Shown here in pieces: positions 7,722-15,592 of a DNA stretch of 32,000 bases. Position 1 is the first letter of the stretch. Each line of letters starts with the position of its first letter. Made by a program: the position numbers and the translations under genes. Source of the stretch: Mobilicoccus caccae (GTDB lineage Bacteria; Actinomycetota; Actinomycetes; Actinomycetales; Dermatophilaceae); assembly GCF_030161635.1 (NCBI RefSeq), contig NZ_BSUO01000001.1, positions 817,199 to 849,198 of the forward strand, in the 5' to 3' direction. Below the pieces are notes generated by a model. It did no database searches. It saw only the letters and a program-made list of their open reading frames with translations, and had not been told where the DNA came from.

Positions 7722-8707
7722 CGACGCACGCGAACGCCGCTCTCACACCTCGCCACCGACTCAAGGTCGCCCGCCTCGTCGTCGACGAAGGATGGCCGAT
7801 CAGCGAGATCGCAGCCCGGTTCCAGGTGTCGTGGCCCACCGTGAAGCGTTGGGTAGACCGCTATCTGTCCGGCGAGTCCATGCAGGACAGGTCCTCGCGC
7901 CCGAAGAACTCACCGACCAAGACATCGCTCGCGGTCACGAAGCGCTGTATCAGCCTGCGAATGAGGCTGCGAGAAGGACCGGTTCAGCTCGCCGTGCGCG
8001 TCGGTGTCGCTCCATCGACCGTGCACCGCATCCTGCGCTCGACTCGATTGAACCGACTTGCTTACCTCGAACGCGCCACTGGCGAGCTAGTTCGCCGGTA
8101 CGAACACCGCTACCCTGGCTCCCTCGTCCATGTAGACGTGAAGAAGTTCGGGAACATCCCCGATGGCGGTGGCTGGCGCTACGTGGGCCGCCGCCAAGGA
8201 GAGAAGAACCGTTCCGCCACCCCCGACAAGCCGAAGAACAAGTGGCGCGATCCCAAGCTCGGGTACGCCTTCATCCACACCGTGATCGACGATCACTCAC
8301 GAGTGGCGTACTCCGAGGCCCACGACGACGAGACCGCCACCACTGCGGTCGCTGTGCTGCACCGTGCGGTCGAGTGGTTCACCGATCGTGGCGTCACTGT
8401 CGAACGAGTCTTATCAGACAATGGCGGTGCCTACCGCTCGCACCTGTGGCGCGGCACCTGCGAGGAGCTGTCCATCACCCCGAAGCGGACCCGCCCCTAC
8501 CGGCCGCAAACCAACGGCAAGGTCGAACGCTTCCATCGCACAATGGCCGACGGATGGGCTTACGCTCGCTGCTACACCAGCGAGCAGGAGCGTCGCGACG
8601 CACTCGCTGACTGGCTCCACCACTACAACCACCACCGGCCGCACACGGCCTGCGACTACCAGCCGCCCATCTCCCGATTGACCAACGTCCCCGGTCAGTA
8701 CAGCTAG
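7718..8707 (+). CDS. IS481-family DDE transposase
   Basis: MTTHANAALTPRHRLKVARLVVDEGWPISEIAARFQVS (HTH), HVDVKKF, SDNGGAY and RPYRPQTNGKVERFHRT (DDE triad). ATG 7718 overlaps the permease stop. The TAG at 8705-8707 lies outside the IRR, in the flanking CTAG. The listed ORF begins earlier, at 7580. Confidence 0.92.
   Translation: MTTHANAALTPRHRLKVARLVVDEGWPISEIAARFQVSWPTVKRWVDRYLSGESMQDRSSRPKNSPTKTSLAVTKRCISLRMRLREGPVQLAVRVGVAPSTVHRILRSTRLNRLAYLERATGELVRRYEHRYPGSLVHVDVKKFGNIPDGGGWRYVGRRQGEKNRSATPDKPKNKWRDPKLGYAFIHTVIDDHSRVAYSEAHDDETATTAVAVLHRAVEWFTDRGVTVERVLSDNGGAYRSHLWRGTCEELSITPKRTRPYRPQTNGKVERFHRTMADGWAYARCYTSEQERRDALADWLHHYNHHRPHTACDYQPPISRLTNVPGQYS
8678..8702 (-). repeat. Right terminal inverted repeat (IRR) of the IS481-family element
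   Basis: The reverse complement reads tgtactgaccggggacgttggtcaa. It overlaps the last codons of the transposase. Confidence 0.75.
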
Positions 8708-8711
8708 CGCC

Positions 8712-9281
8712 TCAACTGCCGTCGGCGGTGAGGATCTCCCTGCTCCAGGTGTCGTCGGTGCGGGTGTAGACGATGCGCAGGTGCTTGCGGTCCGGTGATC
8801 CCTGCCAGAACTCGATGCGATCGGGGCGCACCCACCACAGGCGCCAGTCGCCATCGGCGACCAGGGACTGCGCCTGCGGGCTGCGGGCGGCGAGATCGGC
8901 GGCGCTCTCCTCGGGAGTGCCCTCGACGGCGCGACCGCGCACACGGACCGCCCGCGTGAGGGGCTGCCACCAGAAGCTCAGTGCCGCAGCAGGATTGTCG
9001 GCGAGTTGCTCACCCTTGCGGCTCGAGGCGGTGCTGGCGAAGGCCCAGCCGCGTTCGCCGACGTCCTTGAGGATGAGCAGTCGGGCATCCGGAATCCCGT
9101 CGGCGTCTGCGGTGGCCAGGGTCGTCGTCCGCGGCTCCGGCACGCCGGCCGTGACGGCGTCCTCCAGCCAGTCGAGGAAGAGCGCGGTGGGCTCGGCGGG
9201 GAGTCGCTCCAGGTCGAGGGTGGGCGGCGTACCGGTGAGGGCGGGGATGGCCGCGAGGCGGCGGCGCACGTCGTCGGTCAT
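8712..9281 (-). CDS. pdxH: Pyridoxamine 5'-phosphate oxidase (PNPOx) family protein
   Basis: TTLATADADGIPDARLLILKDVGERGWAFASTASSRKGEQLADNPAAALSFWW and the C-terminal RIEFWQGSPDRKHLRIVY match the PdxH pattern. The start overlaps the upstream gene's stop (ATGA). Confidence 0.75.
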   Translation of the reverse strand: MTDDVRRRLAAIPALTGTPPTLDLERLPAEPTALFLDWLEDAVTAGVPEPRTTTLATADADGIPDARLLILKDVGERGWAFASTASSRKGEQLADNPAAALSFWWQPLTRAVRVRGRAVEGTPEESAADLAARSPQAQSLVADGDWRLWWVRPDRIEFWQGSPDRKHLRIVYTRTDDTWSREILTADGS

Positions 9282-10084
9282 GCCTCGATCGTGTCACCTC
9301 TCCTCGAGCTGATCACCCCGGTTCGCCGGACGGCTCGCTCGTCCCGGGCGACCCGTCGTCGCACCAGCCCTGACGGACACGCCACGGAGGCCGCCCGGGC
9401 ACGATCGGTGGTCCACGGCCACGTCATCGCGGCGAAGACGACGGCGAGCAGCGCTGCCACCGACAGCAGATACCACGGCCACGGCCCGAGCAGGTCGAGA
9501 GCCGAGGCGACACCGGGAGGCTCGGAGACGAAGCCGTAGTTCGTGCCGAGGACCGCGTTGACCGCGAGGGCGACCCCGGCCCAGCCCAGCGTCGTGAGGT
9601 AGCCGGCGGCGAACCCCCGCCAGGTCGGACGGTAGCCGAGCCCCCACACCAGCACGATCGGCGCGACCAGGGCGACGACGTGGAGGAACCAGTACATGCC
9701 GAACTCCAGGGCGGGGTTGCGGAAGTACACGAGATCCGGGGTGAGGACCGCCTGGAGATTGAGCGTCAGCCCCCAGTAGTAGGACATGACGACGGCCCAG
9801 CCCGAGCGCGTGATGAGCGCGACCCCGGTGATGACGCGCAGCCAATCCGAGAGGTGGAACGGCAGGGACTGGTGGACGTCGAAGTGCCCGGGCAGCCACC
9901 ACCACACCATCCACCCCAGGCCGGCGGCCAGCATGACCCACCCGAACGCGCCGACCCAGCGCTCGGCACCCGGCCGTCGCGCGGCCGGCACACCGACGGC
10001 GATGGCGACGATGGTGATCGCCAACACGACCAGGTGGGGCGTGCTGTAGTTCTGCATGAACCCGATCTCGGGCACTCCTGCCAT
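9278..10084 (-). CDS. TIGR02206/YwaF-like integral membrane protein
   Basis: Polytopic hydrophobic protein with FMQNYSTPHLVVLAI, LPFHLSDWL and YWFLHVV motifs. Start at ATG 10084 or 10057. The rest of listed ORF 9278..10759 is antisense to the DUF488 gene and is not credible coding sequence. Confidence 0.6.
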   Translation of the reverse strand: MAGVPEIGFMQNYSTPHLVVLAITIVAIAVGVPAARRPGAERWVGAFGWVMLAAGLGWMVWWWLPGHFDVHQSLPFHLSDWLRVITGVALITRSGWAVVMSYYWGLTLNLQAVLTPDLVYFRNPALEFGMYWFLHVVALVAPIVLVWGLGYRPTWRGFAAGYLTTLGWAGVALAVNAVLGTNYGFVSEPPGVASALDLLGPWPWYLLSVAALLAVVFAAMTWPWTTDRARAASVACPSGLVRRRVARDERAVRRTGVISSRRGDTIEA

Positions 10085-10147
10085 CACGGCTCGGAGCGTA
10101 GCGGCCCGGCGGTCCGCAGCGGGGGAGCCCGGGGGTAGCCTCACGAA

Positions 10148-10675
10148 ATGGGAGAACTCCTCACCTTCGGGCACGGACGCCTCTCGGCCGAGGAACTCCT
10201 GGCGATGGTCGACGACGCCGGGATCCGGCGGGTCGTGGACATCCGACGCTTTCCGGGGAGCCGCGCGAACGAGGCCGCGGCGCGCGGACGGATCCCGGAG
10301 ATCCTCGCCGAGGGCGGCATCGACTACCGCTGGGACGAGCGCCTCGGTGGTCGCCGCCGCCTGACGAAGGAGGAGGACGCGAACTCGCCGGACACGTGGT
10401 GGCGGGTCGCCGCCTTCCGCGCCTACTGCGCGTGGACACGGACGCCGGAGTTCCGTTGCGGACTCCACGAACTCCGCGACGACGTGGCGGCAGTGCGCAC
10501 GGCGGTGATGTGCTCGGAGACCGTGTGGTGGCGGTGCCATCGGCGCATCGTGGCCGACGTCGTCACCGTCGACGGCGTCGACGTCGAGCACCTCCTTCCG
10601 GGCGGGCGCCTGGATCGACACATGCCCAGTGCCGGGGCACGCGCGGGTCCCGACGGGCTCGTCTGGGACGGATGA
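10148..10675 (+). CDS. DUF488 family protein
   Basis: LLTFGHG..VVDIRRFPGSR...VMCSETVWWRCHRRIVAD is the DUF488 signature (conserved C-E...CHR). Confidence 0.75.
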   Translation: MGELLTFGHGRLSAEELLAMVDDAGIRRVVDIRRFPGSRANEAAARGRIPEILAEGGIDYRWDERLGGRRRLTKEEDANSPDTWWRVAAFRAYCAWTRTPEFRCGLHELRDDVAAVRTAVMCSETVWWRCHRRIVADVVTVDGVDVEHLLPGGRLDRHMPSAGARAGPDGLVWDG

Positions 10676-10956
10676 CGGCGCGGCCGGAGGATGCGGTTGC
10701 ACACAGCCGACGCCACCAGACCTCGGGCGAGCACGACGGCGGCGCCTACACGGCCTCACGGCATCACGAGATCGCGCTCATGTGCGACGACCTCGACTCG
10801 ACGGTCGACGAACTGCGTTCTCGAGGTGCGGAGTTCGCCGGCGACGCGCAGGAGATGGGCTTCGGTCGCGGCATCATGCTGAGGGTCCCCGGGGCTGACG
10901 ACATCCTGCTCTACCAGGCGCACCACGCCGCGGCGTACACCCTCGGCGACGCCTGA
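10672..10956 (+). CDS. VOC/glyoxalase-family protein, C-terminal module only (possible gene remnant)
   Basis: HHEIALMCDDLDSTVDELRSRGAEFAGDAQEMGFGRGIMLRVPGADDILLYQ resembles the second beta-alpha-beta-beta-beta module of VOC proteins. Only about 30 residues precede it. The ATG overlaps the DUF488 stop (ATGA). Confidence 0.45.
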   Translation: MTARPEDAVAHSRRHQTSGEHDGGAYTASRHHEIALMCDDLDSTVDELRSRGAEFAGDAQEMGFGRGIMLRVPGADDILLYQAHHAAAYTLGDA

Positions 10957-10969
10957 GGCTGCACAGACG

Positions 10970-11004
10970 ACGCGGCGGCGCCCGATGACCGGGCGCCGCC
11001 GCGT
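10970..11004. terminator. Bidirectional stem-loop between the convergent VOC-like and DUF808 genes
   Basis: 15-bp perfect stem acgcggcggcgcccg / cgggcgccgccgcgt with a 5-nt loop. Confidence 0.6.
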
Positions 11005-11020
11005 GTCGCGTGCGGATCGA

Positions 11021-11977
11021 TCAGTGCGCGGCGCCGGCCTCGTGCTTCTTCTTGGGCCAGGGCAGGACGTGCATGATCGCGACGATGACGGCGCCCACGA
11101 TGAGGCCGAGGATCGCCGAGCCGACGGTGTTGGTGAGCCACTTCAGCGCCGGAGCGGCGGCGCCGGCGGCATGACCGACGACCTCCTCGGCGTGGTGGAC
11201 CAGCGCGTACGGCCCGTGCCAGCCGAGGGTGTCGAAGCCGAGCAGGAGGATGTGGCCACCGACCCACAACATCGCGGCCGTGCCGATGACCGACAACGCA
11301 GTGAGCACCTTCGGCATCCCGCTGACCAGCAGGCGCCCCAGCTTCTGCACAGCACCGGACTTGTTCTTCGTCAGGTGCAGGCCGATGTCGTCCATCTTGA
11401 CGATGAGCGCGACGACGCCGTAGACGCCGATCGTGATGCCGATCGCGACGACGATGAGGATGACCGCGCGCGACCAGAAGCTCTCGGCGGCGACCTCGTT
11501 GAGGGAGATGACCATGATCTCGGCCGACAGGATGAAGTCGGTGCGGATGGCGCTGGAGACCATCTGGTCCTCGGCCTCGGGCCCCTGCAGCACGGCGGGA
11601 GTCGTCTCCGCCTCCTCGTGCGGGTGGATCTTCTCCCAGATCTTCTCGGCGCCCTCGTAGCAGAGGAACGCGCCGCCCAGCATGAGGATCGGCGTGAGCA
11701 GCCAGGGCAGGAACTGACTGAGCAGCAGGATCGCCGGGAGGATGAACAGGAGCTTGTTGCGCAGCGACCCCAGGGCGATCCGCTTGATCGCCGGCAACTC
11801 GCGGTCGGCCTTGAACCCGATGAGATACCTGGGAGTGACGGCCGTGTCGTCGACGACGACGCCGGCGGCCTTGGCGCTCGCGCGGCCGGCAGCGGCACCG
11901 ATGTCGTCGACGGAGGCGGCTGCGAGCTTGGCCATCGTCGCCACGTCGTCCAGCAACGCGACGAGACCGCCGCTCAT
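11021..11977 (-). CDS. DUF808 (YedI-like) inner-membrane protein
   Basis: N-terminus SGGLVALLDDVATMAKLAAASVDD and LMLGGAFLCYEGAEK are collinear with E. coli YedI. Confidence 0.85.
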   Translation of the reverse strand: MSGGLVALLDDVATMAKLAAASVDDIGAAAGRASAKAAGVVVDDTAVTPRYLIGFKADRELPAIKRIALGSLRNKLLFILPAILLLSQFLPWLLTPILMLGGAFLCYEGAEKIWEKIHPHEEAETTPAVLQGPEAEDQMVSSAIRTDFILSAEIMVISLNEVAAESFWSRAVILIVVAIGITIGVYGVVALIVKMDDIGLHLTKNKSGAVQKLGRLLVSGMPKVLTALSVIGTAAMLWVGGHILLLGFDTLGWHGPYALVHHAEEVVGHAAGAAAPALKWLTNTVGSAILGLIVGAVIVAIMHVLPWPKKKHEAGAAH

Positions 11978-12082
11978 GAGCGGCCCCCAGGGCCGAGAGT
12001 GATCGTCATGGGATCACGGTAAGGCTCTCGGCAGGCGACCGCGATGCAGCGCCCCGGGACGCGGCGTCGCCGGCCGGGATCG

Positions 12083-12111
12083 CCCGGGCGGGGAGGTCGT
12101 CCCCGCCCGGG
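12083..12111 (-). terminator. Stem-loop downstream of the DJ-1/PfpI gene
   Basis: 12-bp perfect stem cccgggcgggga / tccccgcccggg with a 5-nt loop, 15 nt after the stop at 12127. Confidence 0.55.
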
Positions 12112-12126
12112 CGGCGGCGTTCGGGC

Positions 12127-12645
12127 TCAGAGCCCGAGGGCGTTCACCAGGGCGTCGTTGAACGCCGGGAGGTCGTCCGGGATGCGGGAGGAGATGAGGT
12201 TGCCGTCGACGTGGACCTCTTCGTCCACGTACGTGGCGCCCGCGTTCGTGATGTCGTCACGAATCTTGTTGACGGCAGTGACGGTTCGACCCGAGAGGAC
12301 ATCCGCCGAGATGAGCAGTTGAGGCCCGTGGCAGATGGAGGCGACCGGCTTGCCGGAGGCCACGAAATCGCGCGTGAAGTCGACCGCGGTCTCGTCGATG
12401 CGCAGGTTCTCCGGCGAACCGCCGCCGGGGATGATGAGGAGTTCGAAGTCGCCGACGGTGGAGTCGGCGATCGTGGCGACGGCGTCGACCTTCGCGCCCT
12501 TCTTGCCCGTGAGCGTGCCTGTGCTCATGCCGATGACGGTGACGTCGACGCCCTGGGCGTCCAGGGCCTCGATGGGGCTGGTGGCCTCGGAGTCCTCGAA
12601 GTTCTCGGCGAGGATCATCGCCACACGACGGGGGGTGCTGCTCAT
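12127..12645 (-). CDS. DJ-1/PfpI family protein (type-1 glutamine amidotransferase-like; protease or deglycase)
   Basis: Nucleophile elbow ASICHGPQLL and IIPGGGSPENL. ATG 12645 is preceded by GGAAGGA. The listed ORF starts at an upstream GTG (12660). Confidence 0.85.
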   Translation of the reverse strand: MSSTPRRVAMILAENFEDSEATSPIEALDAQGVDVTVIGMSTGTLTGKKGAKVDAVATIADSTVGDFELLIIPGGGSPENLRIDETAVDFTRDFVASGKPVASICHGPQLLISADVLSGRTVTAVNKIRDDITNAGATYVDEEVHVDGNLISSRIPDDLPAFNDALVNALGL

Positions 12646-12782
12646 GGTGGTCCTTCCCACGGAGTTCGTCGGACGCCGACCATCCTCTCGTCCATGGCGA
12701 CGAGCCGCGACCTGGGCGATCCCCGCAGAACGCCCGGGGCGACAGCTGGTCGTCGGTGTGGCGGATGGGTCATGGTGAAGCC

Positions 12783-13738
12783 ATGACGAGACTGCTGTGG
12801 CCCGACGTGCTCGACACCCCGACCTTCGACGACACCGAGGTGATCGTCTACGACGCCGCTGCGCCCTTACCGGAATCCGCGGCGGACGCCGATGTCTTCG
12901 TCGTGTGGGGACGGGACGGTCGCCGTATCCCCGACGACGCGCGTCTGTTGACGCGGGTGCGTCTGGTGCAGGGGCTCATGGCCGGCACCGAGGCCTTGGA
13001 GTCCGCCGGGTTCGGCGCGGACGTGGCGATCTGCTCAGGAGTCGGGTTGCACGATCGGCCGGTCGCCGAGCACGCCCTCGCGCTCCTGCTGGCGCTGGTC
13101 CGCAGGGTGCCGGACTGCCTCGAGGCGCAGCGTGAGAGTCGGTGGTTGAGCGAGTACGCCGGTCATCAGCCGTTGCACCACGAGGGTCCCGTCACGACGC
13201 TCATCGACGCCCGCGTGCTCATCTGGGGATTCGGGAGCATCGCGGCGACGCTGGCACCGATGCTCACCGCCCTCGGCGCGCAGGTGCGCGGTGTCGCGCG
13301 CAGCGCGGGGAGCGGCACGGATATCCGGTGGTCACCGAGGAGGATCTCGATGCGGCGCTCGCGGAGACCGACGTGCTCATCTCGATTCTTCCCGGAGGCC
13401 CGGCCACGCGCCACGCCCTCGACGCGGCCAGGTTGGAGCGCCTGCCCGAGCACGCCTACGTCGTCAACGTCGGTCGCGGGTCGACCGTGGATGAGGACGC
13501 CCTGGTCGAGGCGCTGAACGCCGGGCGCCTCGGCGGGGCCGCCCTCGACGTCATGGAGACCGAACCGCTGCCCGCCGATTCGTCGCTGTGGAGCGCCCGC
13601 AACATCGTCCTCACCCCACACTGCGCCGGTGGGAGGCCGGTGGGCGCGTCCGACCTCGTCGCCCACAACCTCGCGGCCATGAACACGGGATCTCCGCTGC
13701 GCAATCAGGTCGCCGGCGCCCCGGGCGCCACCACCTGA
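12783..13738 (+). pseudogene. D-isomer-specific 2-hydroxyacid dehydrogenase (NAD-binding), interrupted by an apparent 1-nt frameshift
   Basis: The N-terminal half is in the frame of ORF 12756..13517 (..VLIWGFGSIAATLAPML..GVARSAG). The C-terminal half is in the frame of ORF 13142..13738 (ERHGYPVV..VVNVGRGSTVDEDALVEAL..LDVMETEPLP..LTPHCAG). The two join at the G4 run 13307-13310. Confidence 0.8.
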
Positions 13739-13796
13739 GGACCGGCAACGGCGAGACCGGAGCTCATGACCTCCGGGCTCGACGCCACCCTCCGGT

Positions 13797-14894
13797 TCAG
13801 GTGAGACGGGGTGCTCGGGCCAGTGCCGTCCCGACGCCGCGCAGCGCTCGGTCCCGGGCGGGTTGGAGCCGGGTGGCCAGGGCCACCTGCATGAGTGCGT
13901 GGGAGGTCCGCCGCAGGACGGCGCCCGGGAGGAGCCGGCGCGCCTCGTACCGCGTCAGGGCGCTCCCGAGGTCGCGGGTGTTCAGTTCCGAGGCGAGGAT
14001 GCGCGCGCCGACGAGCGCCTCACAGGCACCCCGTCCGAGATTCGGTGTCATCGCGTGCGCCGCGTCACCGACGAGCACCGCGCGACCGTGGACCAGCCGC
14101 CGCATCGGCGGTGCCTCGTAGATCCGTTGCGCGAGCGTCGTCTCCGCGTCCGCCCGGCCGAGGACGTCGAGCACGACCGGGGCACGGTCGGCGGTGCCCT
14201 CGAAGACGCGACGGGCCTCCGCGAGCGCCTCGCCGACGTCGACGACCAGCGACCGACGCCACGGATCGCCGCCGGCCTCCGCGGGCAGGGCGCCGAGGTG
14301 GCTCACGTGCGTCGTGAACCAGTAGGTGCCGCCCGGCGCTTCGACGACGCCCGCGAGATCGCCACGCCCCCAGTACTCCCCGTTCTCGGGCGGCGTCCCG
14401 GGCAGGAGTCCGCGCAACGCCAGCCACGGCGTGAGGCGGGGCACGGTGTGCTCACCGAACGCGGAGCGCCGCACGACGCTGCGCACGCCGTCGGCACCGA
14501 CGACCAGGTCGGCCGGCAACCTCTCGGGCCGGTCCACCCGCTCGTGCACCCGGCGGACCGTGTCCGGCACCGCCTGCTCCAACAGCTCGATCAACGCCGG
14601 CCGCAGGATCATCTGCATCGACGCGTCCGCGGGCGGACTCACCAAGGGACGGCCGGTCGCGTCCCGCAACGACCCCGTCCCCACCTCGTGGACGAGCCGG
14701 CCGGCACGATCACCGACTCCGAGATCGTCGAGCACGCGCCGGGCATCGGGCCACAGCGCCAGGGAGGATCCGGCCTCGGCCCGCTCGGGACGCTCCTCGT
14801 GGATCGTCACCGCGAACCGCTCCGGGTCCAGCAACCCCGCGAGGGCCAGGCCCGCGATGCTGCCGCCGACCACGGCGACGCGTGTCCTGCTCAT
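13797..14894 (-). CDS. FAD-dependent monooxygenase (UbiH/salicylate-hydroxylase-like)
   Basis: VAVVGGSIAGLALAGLL (GxGxxG), GADGVRSVVR and LVGDAAHAMTPNLGRGACEAL. ATG 14894 overlaps the upstream stop (ATGA). The remainder of listed ORF 13797..15803 is an out-of-frame read through the amidotransferase gene. Confidence 0.85.
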   Translation of the reverse strand: MSRTRVAVVGGSIAGLALAGLLDPERFAVTIHEERPERAEAGSSLALWPDARRVLDDLGVGDRAGRLVHEVGTGSLRDATGRPLVSPPADASMQMILRPALIELLEQAVPDTVRRVHERVDRPERLPADLVVGADGVRSVVRRSAFGEHTVPRLTPWLALRGLLPGTPPENGEYWGRGDLAGVVEAPGGTYWFTTHVSHLGALPAEAGGDPWRRSLVVDVGEALAEARRVFEGTADRAPVVLDVLGRADAETTLAQRIYEAPPMRRLVHGRAVLVGDAAHAMTPNLGRGACEALVGARILASELNTRDLGSALTRYEARRLLPGAVLRRTSHALMQVALATRLQPARDRALRGVGTALARAPRLT

Positions 14895-15592
14895 CGGGGC
14901 GTGGCGAGGTCGGCGAACGCCGCCAGGACCGGCGCCCAGGCTCGGTGGACGGCCGGCATCTCGCGGCGGATTTCGACCATGGCGGCCTCCGCCCGCGCCA
15001 CCGATCCGGCCTCCCGCTCCTCGCTCTGCGACGCGGCCCACGAACCGACGATGTCGACGTCGACCTCCGGATGGCACTGGACGCCCCAGGCACGCGGCCC
15101 GTACCGCAGCACCTGGATGCCGCCGCGGGGATCGTGGGCGAGCACGGTCGCGCCGGCCGGCGGGACGGTGACCAGGTCGCCGTTCCAGTGCACGACCCGC
15201 GCGTCGGCCCTCAGGTGCGCGAAGAGCGGGTCCTCGCGCCCCGCGTCGGTGAGTCGCACGGGAAAGACGCCCCAGAGCGGGTCGGGATGCCGCTCCACGG
15301 TGCCGCCGAGGGCGACCGCACCCAGTTGGTGGCCGAGGCACACCAGCAACGTGGGGATGCCTGCGCCGATCGCCTCGCGGATGAGGCCCTTGGTGGGGGC
15401 GAGCCACGGGTACTCGGCGTCCTGGTAGGCGTTCATCTCGCCGCCGAGGACGATCAGGCCGGAGTGCCCCGCCACCGATGGCGGCAGGTCCTCGCCCTGA
15501 TAGGGACGGACGACGTGGGTCGGGGGTCCGTCGTCGGCGATGAGGAGTCCGGCGGGAGCGTCCGCCTCGTGCTGCACGACCAGGATGCTCAT
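14891..15592 (-). CDS. Class-I glutamine amidotransferase (GuaA-N-terminal-like, stand-alone)
   Basis: MSILVVQHE.., nucleophile motif PTLLVCLGHQL, and WGVQCHPE supplying the His and Glu of the triad. ATGA overlaps at both ends. Confidence 0.8.
   Translation of the reverse strand: MSILVVQHEADAPAGLLIADDGPPTHVVRPYQGEDLPPSVAGHSGLIVLGGEMNAYQDAEYPWLAPTKGLIREAIGAGIPTLLVCLGHQLGAVALGGTVERHPDPLWGVFPVRLTDAGREDPLFAHLRADARVVHWNGDLVTVPPAGATVLAHDPRGGIQVLRYGPRAWGVQCHPEVDVDIVGSWAASQSEEREAGSVARAEAAMVEIRREMPAVHRAWAPVLAAFADLATPR

Larger units (their letters stand above)
5703..8702 (+). mobile_element. IS481-family element (3000 bp) with three passenger genes: AbrB-type regulator, ABC ATPase and ABC-2 permease
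   Basis: Terminal inverted repeats at 5703-5727 and 8678-8702 (21/25 identical, first 12 perfect). CTAG lies one nt outside both ends. The interior is about 60% GC against 70-73% in the flanks (manual spot counts). An IS481-type DDE transposase sits at the right end. Confidence 0.75.

Noticed and set aside
13757-13776. 6-bp stem ccggag/ctccgg between the convergent dehydrogenase and monooxygenase genes, as a terminator
   Set aside because: The stem is too short and weak compared with the other terminators in the window, so it was not listed as a feature.
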